A stretch of 59,249 nt of DNA, the filler included, from Squatina squatina (Eukaryota), in NCBI GenBank assembly GCA_031763465.1. It is 4 parts of 3 records of this genome, joined end to end, with 100 filler letters (N's around TTAATTAATTAA, not from the genome) between each part and the next. Parts side by side here need not be neighbours in the genome. Positions count along the whole stretch, not along the records: positions 42,344 to 59,249 come from JARFOE010000016.1; 3 more parts are not named here. One strand, given 5' to 3'. Positions 49,989 through 59,249 of this stretch are shown here, one piece after another; position 1 is the first letter of the stretch; each line of letters starts with the position of its first letter. The position numbers were made by a program, and so were the translations under genes. The notes below the pieces were generated by a model, which was given only the letters and a program-made list of their open reading frames with translations, was not told where the DNA came from and did not search any database.

Positions 49989-52900
49989 GCTACAATACAG
50001 AGGGCAGCACAGTGGCTATAAGGATCACTCTAGGTGACCATTCCCTTGCAGTCACTTAGGGAGTGATTTTAATCCCCTAGAATGTGTGGGGTTGGGTCAG
50101 GTGAGCAAAATTTTGTTTAAAAATTTCAAACAGAATGAAAGATTCCAATTTGACGTTCTCAATGAATATAGTGGGGTTTTACAACACTGTTATCCAATCG
50201 CAGCTTGATATTGATCTTCCCTTGATCTAATGTGAGTTTCAGCATTCACTCCCCAGCATCACACTGAAAACAGTGGCTCAGGACTCATGAACCTGCTTGG
50301 TTTTAATTTCTACTGATACTCTTAAATAAAATTGGTCATTGAATAACTTTTACCTAAATGGTTTCAAATATTATACTTAGGTTAAATCAGTTCAGATTAG
50401 TTCAATCTTAGAGTTCTAAAGTGAACCAGATTAACACTTAACCAAGTGTTTATTCTGCCGTTAACTTGAGCGGTTGCCTGACAGATGGAACAGTGGGAAG
50501 TCATGGATAATATGTGAGAATACAGCTATTTTTCTGCACAATGTCATCATTATCTTCCAGGCCCTGAGAGGGAGAAATGCGTAAAGGAGGGATAAATATG
50601 TTGGGGGAGGGGTTGGGAAAACATTATTCTGTTGACTAACATCAATTTTATCATCATTTCTCATCAGAGTCTCTTGAAAAACATGCACAAGCAGCTTAAC
50701 CAATCATTCATCTTCAACCAGTACTTTCCCAAGTGCCACTAAAGCTCCTCCTCACCCTACCTGACAAGCATGTTCATTAAGAGCAGTAAGCGTCCCAGAT
50801 CTAGAGATCAGAAATGGCACAAACATGTTCAGACTGCATTAACCAATCAAACTGAGGTAAGTGTCTGTGCTTTGCGCTGCCAAATCTATTTCCCTGCTGC
50901 CTGTCTCTAATCAGGTAGGTAGCGGAGACTGGGCCAGGCTGGTAGTGTCCCAGCCTGTCCTTTGGGAAGATGGTTTATTGTCAGATCCCTGATGACCCCC
51001 CAGTCCCCACGTTCAGCCCCATCTCCTTTCAATTGTTTCATCAGCCAAAAGCTGGTTTCTCACACCCGATAAGTGACAAGCCTCAGACTCCTGCTGACTG
51101 GATAATCAAAGCCTTGTCAGACCTGTCAATATCCTGCAGATCGGATGGGACATGGTGAGGAGAAGTATCTGAAGCAGCTACACTCTTCACAGCTCCCACA
51201 GAAAAATACGATGCAAAAAACATGAGTAAACGCAACTGGCTGCACTTAATGTTTGTCATAAGGAGGGATTAATCGATTGTACTCCACTGGGACCCAGAAC
51301 ACACAGGTTTCTCTGCTTAGTTAAGAATCTATCCACTTCTAAACCATGACCCTGCTATAGTTTATAAGCCTTGATTTCCTGAATTATATTTAGCTTTAGC
51401 TTTAGTAAAAGACGGTCCACTTTCAGCCCCATTAANNNNNNNNNNNNNNNNNNNNNNNNNNNNNNNNNNNNNNNNNNNNNNNNNNNNNNNNNNNNNNNNN
51501 NNNNNNNNNNNNNNNNNNNNNNNNNNNNNNNNNNNNNNNNNNNNNNNNNNNNNNNNNNNNNNNNNNNNNNNNNNNNNNNNNNNNNNNNNNNNNNNNNNNN
51601 NNNNNNNNNNNNNNNNNNNNNNNNNNNNNNNNNNNNNNNNNNNNNNNNNNNNNNNNNNNNNNNNNNNNNNNNNNNNNNNNNNNNNNNNNNNNNNNNNNNN
51701 NNNNNNNNNNNNNNNNNNNNNNNNNNNNNNNNNNNNNNNNNNNNNNNNNNNNNNNNNNNNNNNNNNNNNNNNNNNNNNNNNNNNNNNNNNNNNNNNNNNN
51801 NNNNNNNNNNNNNNNNNNNNNNNNNNNNNNNNNNNNNNNNNNNNNNNNNNNNNNNNNNNNNNNNNNNNNNNNNNNNNNNNNNNNNNNNNNNNNNNNNNNN
51901 NNNNNNNNNNNNNNNNNNNNNNNNNNNNNNNNNNNNNNNNNNNNNNNNNNNNNNNNNNNNNNNNNNNNNNNNNNNNNNNNNNNNNNNNNNNNNNNNNNNN
52001 NNNNNNNNNNNNNNNNNNNNNNNNNNNNNNNNNNNNNNNNNNNNNNNNNNNNNNNNNNNNNNNNNNNNNNNNNNNNNNNNNNNNNNNNNNNNNNNNNNNN
52101 NNNNNNNNNNNNNNNNNNNNNNNNNNNNNNNNNNCTTATAATCCATTAGTGATAACTGGATCAAAATTATTTGAAAACATCTCATTTTAAACTCTTTTCA
52201 CTGCAGGGTATAAGATGATGCTGTTGTGGCTTGTTGTTATTTAAATAATCTCTTAAGGTCTTTTATTCAAAATGTTTACTGCTAGATTTCTGGCATTTTA
52301 TTTCACTGTTGCAGATGGTGTGTCAACCAGCTCCTCAAATGAGTTACTATCAGGCCAATGTGTGCTCAATTAATGTTAAAGATAAAGGCTACACAGACTG
52401 CAGTGCAAATGGCAGGAAGGACCCTAGTCTACCTTATTTTTGTTATAAAATTGAATCTGGGTTCAATCTGGTGTCATTCCAGCCAAAGTAACATAAAACC
52501 AATATAAAAACACACCACAGGATTCATGTCTCCATCACTGGCTTTACACCAGACTGTGGTCAGTATAAGTATTTAAAAGGTACTTCTTCTCAGGATCCTC
52601 TGGTGTTACTTAGCAATATGAACAGGAGATGGAAGGTTCAAATGGCTTCATCTCATGTTACGTCACAGCGTGAATCTTATCTGTGCTTTCGTCAGTGGAC
52701 TGAGATGCCTTGCTATGCCTGTATTTAATAGACTATTGACTAACTTATAGAGATAAATATTAAGACTTTTTATTTAAAAAAAAATACTCACCAGCTACTC
52801 ACCGATCAGCTCCTTCCCCTGTGCCGACGTCACTTTTTATTCCTGACGTCACTTTTCGTACTCTGCCAATGCCCCGCTCACGCCGGCCTCCCCTTGGTCC

Positions 52901-53761
52901 TCCCAGGTCTGCCGCTGCTCTGCTGCTCTACATAGCCCAAGTTTCTGCCTGCAGAGGCCCTTCTCCCTGGGATGCTTTGGATCAGTCAAGAGAATTCTTG
53001 ACTGATCACAAATGCCGGGTTTAGGCGCATGCACTTTGAAGCCCTAAACCCGGAGCTTGNNNNNNNNNNNNNNNNNNNNNNNNNNNNNNNNNNNNNNNNN
53101 NNNNNNNNNNNNNNNNNNNNNNNNNNNNNNNNNNNNNNNNNNNNNNNNNNNNNNNNNNNAAGAGGGTGAAAGTTGGCTTGGAGAAAGTACAACCTGTAAA
53201 AGCATTTTTGTACTATACTGCTGCAGACAAATCCCAGGCCATTAGCATTGCAAAACACACCCCTATTGTAATGCTCTTTCCCAGCTGTCTCCTAGCTCAA
53301 TTACAGCAGCCTGCTCTCCTGCCAACCATCTACCATCACAGAAAATCTAACAAATTCTTGGAAATATGAAAGGTTTTGATATAATTTTGTAGAGTGGGTT
53401 TTTTTTTACATTGTCTTATTTATTCCATGATTCAAATTTGCTGAATGTTTCACCAGGATTCACTGAACAGTGCCCTATCACATTGTTATACACAGTGATC
53501 AGAAACATGCTGGCATTTTTCCAAAACAATTGAAAGTGTCAAAATATAATTGCATGCTGAAAATGCAAGCAATGTGTGGTGGAATGATCAGAGACCAATA
53601 GATGGTCAAAGGTCATCACTGTCTCCTGTTCAGAAATAGAAACTTTAAGATGGATTTTTTTNNNNNNNNNNNNNNNNNNNNNNNNNNNNNNNNNNNNNNN
53701 NNNNNNNNNNNNNNNNNNNNNNNNNNNNNNNNNNNNNNNNNNNNNNNNNNNNNNNNNNNNN

Positions 53762-53832
53762 CTAGCGAATACAAGCCTAATCGACCCAATCTCTCCTCGT
53801 ACGTCATCCCTGCCATCCCAGGAATCGGTCTG
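53762..53832 (-). mobile_element. CR1 ORF2 C-terminal fragment
   Basis: ARPIPGMAGMTYEERLGRLGLYSL. Confidence 0.88.
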
Positions 53833-56800
53833 GCAACTGTTAACTGTTCTATTTTGTACATTCACCGTTAAAAATCTTCTGCAAATCACTTCACTTATAT
53901 AAGAAGAAAGACTGGAATTGTTTTGAAAGCTGTAAATAACCTTCAGTACCGAGGACTAAATGACTTGTGCCTGTTGACAGGCAGTTTGATTTGGTTCGGG
54001 TTTCTCAGTCTGTTCACTGTAACCCTGTAAACACCGCAGATTCGCCTGTTGTAAAAGTGCAAGCCTATTCTAGAGCAGAAACTTCCACCTCCTCCAATCA
54101 CATTTATTCTTGCTTTGCGGTGCAGAATGCAAATCCTGGCTGTATAAACATCCTAACCAATATGCTCATAGGCCGAGATGGATCGCCCCTTGTTTACTGA
54201 AAGTTTGAATAATGGGCCTGTCATTGTTTCTGACTTGTATGGTAGAAATGGAGCCATTTGAATGGTTGCAGTTTGATTGCAAACAACGTGAGAAATTGTG
54301 GACNNNNNNNNNNNNNNNNNNNNNNNNNNNNNNNNNNNNNNNNNNNNNNNNNNNNNNNNNNNNNNNNNNNNNNNNNNNNNNNNNNNNNNNNNNNNNNNNN
54401 NNNNNNNNNNNNNNNNNNNNNNNNNNNNNNNNNNNNNNNNNNNNNNNNNNNNNNNNNNNNNNNNNNNNNNNNNNNNNNNNNTTATTTAAACATAACAAAA
54501 TCTATTTATCCAAACAAATTTATTTCAGTTTTACAACTTTGTTTTCTATAGCCTCTGGAAGAATAAATCTATACCTCAATAAACTCATGCTTTAATTATG
54601 ATAGGATTAGAGGGCATTGACTGAAAAGCCATGTAGAAATATTCAAAGATATCAAATCCATTAAAAACTGAGCTTAATCACATACTGAAGCACTATCAAT
54701 TTCTTTTAAAAAGTAAATGAAAACTAATTGTTCTGAAATGTTATATGCACTTCAGCAATCTATAGCAGAAGCAAATAAAATCCAAAATCTATTCTGATTG
54801 TCTGTACAAACTCAACATTTAGTCTAGGATATCAATTAAGATCTATTTCCTTCCATCTACCTAGAATTTCTCTGAGCAATAATGGGTTTACAAAGTTATG
54901 ACTCAACCTGTGCCTCAATTTTTCATTAAAGATGATAAAGAAATCTCCTTGTACAAAGGGGCATTGCTTGAACCCACGGTGATTGCAGTCTGTCTGAAAG
55001 CATGAATGAAAATCCTGATAGCAGTCTAACGCCAGTCCATGGTGAGGCCAATCTATGGTGAGGCAAGTCCATGATGGGGTCAAAAGTTAACAATTCATTC
55101 CATGTCCCTCAGTTAATTATGCTATTAAAACTCCTTTAACTGCACAGCGACTCTTGCCTTAGTAGTGCTATTCTGACCAGAAAAACAAAGTTATTCAATA
55201 ACAGCAACCAAATTGGATTTTAAACATTTCTTTTTTGTCAATTAATCTGTCATAAATGCTCCCCAAGCTATTTCATCTCCTGAGGAAAGGTTNNNNNNNN
55301 NNNNNNNNNNNNNNNNNNNNNNNNNNNNNNNNNNNNNNNNNNNNNNNNNNNNNNNNNNNNNNNNNNNNNNNNNNNNNNNNNNNNNNNNNNNNTTTCCAAA
55401 CCTAACTACTTACATCTGTAGCAATCCATCCTATTTATTCTATCTAACTACATCTAATTCACCTGTTTTCATCAAAAGAAGTAGCTTTGGAGTTAAAGTA
55501 AAATATATTTATTAGGAGTTTCTAATACATATGAGGTACATTTATGAGGCTAACGTCATAGACAATATAAAACCACTAAACCATTTGTTAGAATCTGAAA
55601 TTTAGAAGTGAGGTATTCAGAAAGGTCCATCATTTTGATAGCTGGAACCAAGGGCAGCAGTCTATTTAGTGCTACAGTTGAGCTTTGTTATTACAAATTC
55701 TGCCATTACAATCATCTTCTATTAAACATTTCCCCTGGTCCTGGAGAAAGCTGCATTATATTAGTTAAGGGATTCACTGAGGCACATCTCTAAGAAGAAG
55801 TACTTTACCAGTTTTCGTGAGTTAGTAAGAACAATAGCTGGTCTGACCTTATAGCATATTCCCAGTCTGTTGGCAGCTGCACTAACTTTTCTTCTGCAGT
55901 GCAAAACACCACAAGAGGCTCCAGAGGGAACAGCATTTGTGCTTATCTTGTTTTGTCAGTGAATTTCTTTGAGCAGTGCATGGAGGAAAAACAATTAAAA
56001 TACTGTATTTGAAAACCATTCTCCTTACACACGTACAACAGCTTCACATGTAGTTAGTAAATTGTATTGCAGTGCTTTGCAATGAGCCAAAACGTTTGAT
56101 AAAGATTCCACAGAAATCATGAATAAATTAGCTTGACTGTGACAGATACCTTCAATAAAATATTTTGTAAGATATTATTTTGAAACAAGTACTGCTGTAC
56201 TAATGACCCACTTTAAGATATTTTTGGTACAAGCCCTTTAAAATAAATATAAATCTTGTAAGAATTCTACCAGTATACAGTACATAGTGTGATCCAATCA
56301 GTAAAAGGCTAACTAACCCTATAGGATTATGTGGTGCACTAATGGTAGACCCCACTGTACGGAAGACGGCAGATACCGGTGTCTGGTATTGATCTAACGC
56401 TATTTTAATGTGTCTCTGTTGACATTCATGTCCTGTGGTAAAGAATATTGCCTAAATTAGTTAGCCGATTGGTTCTGTTGATTAATGACAACACACTTGG
56501 GGATCTACTGCACTTGTGTGACAGAATAATCAGTAGAACCACAGAAACCACTGGTGGCATTATTTACTTCTCATTTTTTAAGTTCATTTATTAAATTATT
56601 TAATTTCTACTTCCTAACTGGCAATTTATTAAAATGACATGTTCTTCGATGTGAGATGTTGTTACTTGTCACAAATGGGTAAGAAAACAAGTTAAACAAG
56701 GTGTTTGAATCAATTTCTCATAGCTCGGGGGATTGAAAATGCATAATCAAGATTCAAGGGTTGACCTTGTCTAATATCCGGTTTTGTCATATCTGACACA

Positions 56801-59249
56801 TACAAAGTCCACTTCATAACAGACTTGTTTCTATAACCAGTGTTTTAGCAGCAATGGAAAAAAGACCTATAACTATGACAATATTTACATAACATAAAAA
56901 CAACTTACTCAGCCGGTGTGCTGGAAAATCAATACGGACTTATATCTGTGCATTATAAATGATTTTCTTTTCTGTAAACTTGTATGTAGTTCATATGTTT
57001 TCACAGTGAGACCTTTTACAAACGTTTGAACTAGTCTGAATCAATAGTGGTCAAATGGTGTAAAGTCGCTTTAATTAGCAGCCCAGGCCAACTGATGTAG
57101 TTAGTGGAATTGCTGTCATGCACTTCAGCTGTAGGTAAGGTAAGTGTGAAAGAGAAAATAGATGCAATAAAAATTCTAAATCTAATGTCTCTGAAAACTG
57201 CAATTACAAGGTTCAATTTCTTTTTGCAATGCTATAAATAATCGCAATTTGTTGCAAGGCATATTTATGGTACTGTACAAAGACAAATAAAGATAAGATG
57301 GAAAAGTGATAAGTTGCATGCAGGTCAGGAAAGAGGTTAATTTATATCACAGTGAATTAATATAATTTCTGACTTGCTACACTGCTGTCGCTAAAAATAA
57401 AACATAAAAAAACTGGTCTGTGGTATCCATAGCCCTGATCTACAGTTCATACAGCTCAATCTCATTTTGGAAACTTGGCCCATAAGTAATTCAGGTAAGC
57501 AGACGTTCTTGTGCATTTAGGCTTTTAAAGACAATGCACTACTCCTTGTAACCAATTAGTCTANNNNNNNNNNNNNNNNNNNNNNNNNNNNNNNNNNNNN
57601 NNNNNNNNNNNNNNNNNNNNNNNNNNNNNNNNNNNNNNNNNNNNNNNNNNNNNNNNNNNNNNNCAGTCACCCATACAGTGCAGATAAATGTGTCTCCACT
57701 CCAATACCCAGTGGTGAGCAGAGAAAAATACAGTATCAGCAATAGGACCATACATAATAAAGGAAATACTGTCAAAACAATTGGGGGGATGTACAAGAAT
57801 TCAGCAGCATGGCTGCCAATCATATCCAAGATGATACTGCTTGCAGAATGTCTCTGGGCCAATTGAAGTCCTCAAAACTACCATTTAGCTCAGAGATTAT
57901 TTGCCCACAAAGGGAAACTTTTTGATTGATTTCTCACCACCTTTCAAGAGCAAATGCACTGAAAATTCAGTGATAAAGTAAAATCTTCTGAAATAACAGA
58001 ATACATCCCAGGATTAGCAAGTTATGTGGGACAATGGGCAGAGTTAACTCTATAAGAGGGAAGGATGACAAAAACCAGCAACACAAGGAAAATGCATTTC
58101 AAGCCTATCCTGCAAGCAGCCAAGTAGGCTGTGGAGTCATTTTCACTTTGGTCACAGGTGGAAAACTGATGGCTTGCAAATCGGCCGTCCTTAATACACC
58201 CCACCCAAGTATCCTTTCCAAACAAAATATGCCGCACCACTCTGACCGCGCCGCAGCACCCGGTGAGTAAAGCGTACAAATGACCTTAAAGAAACAGCGA
58301 GTTGGTAAAGTTTTTAAAGTTTACGCAATAACAGCCTGTTGCGCGCCTGTTGTGCATTATTTTTCTAAGTCGTTGCCAAGTTGGCAACAAAAATAAAGCC
58401 CAGAGGTACTGCTAATGCTTCCTTTTTGCAATTAGATCTTTTCGGAGCACTCTCTGAATTAACTGCACCTGATTCAGATGGAAGCTTTTAAAATAATTGC
58501 AATCAAATAACGAACAAAAGTCAAATTGAAATGCAAGACCACAAACAGCTGGGAGGCAATTCAATCTTGGCACAAGCACAACAGGCTGGTGACCAGGATT
58601 ATCAATGTATCTCCTGTGTTATACAACAGTTTTTGACAGGAAGTGTAAGCAAATCCGATTGTATTTGAAGATCCAAATCTCCCTGTGAAATAAGTTCAAT
58701 CCCATCTCTGCTTCTTCCACTTAAAATAATCCAAATTACAGTTCTCTACATGTCGCCAGCTCCCCAATCCGAACTTGGGGTCACATTAAGACTGTGACCT
58801 CTGGCCATGCCTAAAGCCAGACACGGGCTGGACATTCGGAGGGTGGGGGGGGGAGGGGGGAGGCAAAGGTCAGGAGGATGGGACCTTGGTCATCAGTCCT
58901 CATGCTGTCTTTGCTATTTGCTGAAAACCTGGACAACTTTAACTAATAGCTCCATATCATGGGTCTCCAAAAAAACAATTGGGAAATAAACTCATTTTTT
59001 TTTTTAAAAAAAGCCTTTTCTTCATTTTAGAAATTCCCACATCCTTCACAGAAAAACTGGACCATCAGCAAACTGGTGACCATGCAGCGGCATGGAAGAA
59101 GTATACATCTCCATTGGAAAAACAAAACCGTTCAAAACAAAATTGTTGGATTTTGAACCGTCCAAGTCAGGGCGTTTTAATGGGACATAAAGTGTGTGGT
59201 CTTATCAGATGACAGGAAGAGAGTGTTTACTGAAAAATAATACACTGTT

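Noticed and set aside
57664-57862. Hydrophobic minus-strand ORF resembling a transmembrane protein
   Set aside because: Non-ATG start with an in-frame stop just upstream, no clear acceptor and no recognised family. T-rich DNA readily yields hydrophobic translations.

Overview
This is eukaryotic vertebrate DNA, most likely a cartilaginous fish (inferred from the CR1/L2 LINE, DeuSINE-like and Penelope-like repeat content), from a fragmented draft assembly with many 100-N gaps. The window is not one locus. Three artificial 100-bp spacers (44 N + TTAATTAATTAA + 44 N at 14242-14341, 27851-27950 and 42244-42343) join four unrelated scaffolds. Scaffold 1 (1-14241) holds two non-adjacent DOCK2 exons on the minus strand, a CpG-rich promoter-like block, a 46-bp tandem array, and a 177-bp bacterial PTS EIIC fragment fused to AT-rich host DNA at a contig end. 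Scaffold 2 (14342-27850) holds the CpG island and first coding exon of SSH2 (minus strand), preceded by two tandem uORFs and bracketed by inverted Penelope-like repeats with hammerhead-like cores. Scaffold 3 (27951-42243) holds two consecutive exons of an LRP1/LRP1B-family gene (plus strand). Scaffold 4 (42344-end) has no recognisable gene. Most ORFs in the supplied track are spurious or repeat-derived. I found no convincing novel multi-gene system. Gene and repeat identities rest on recalled sequences, not database searches.
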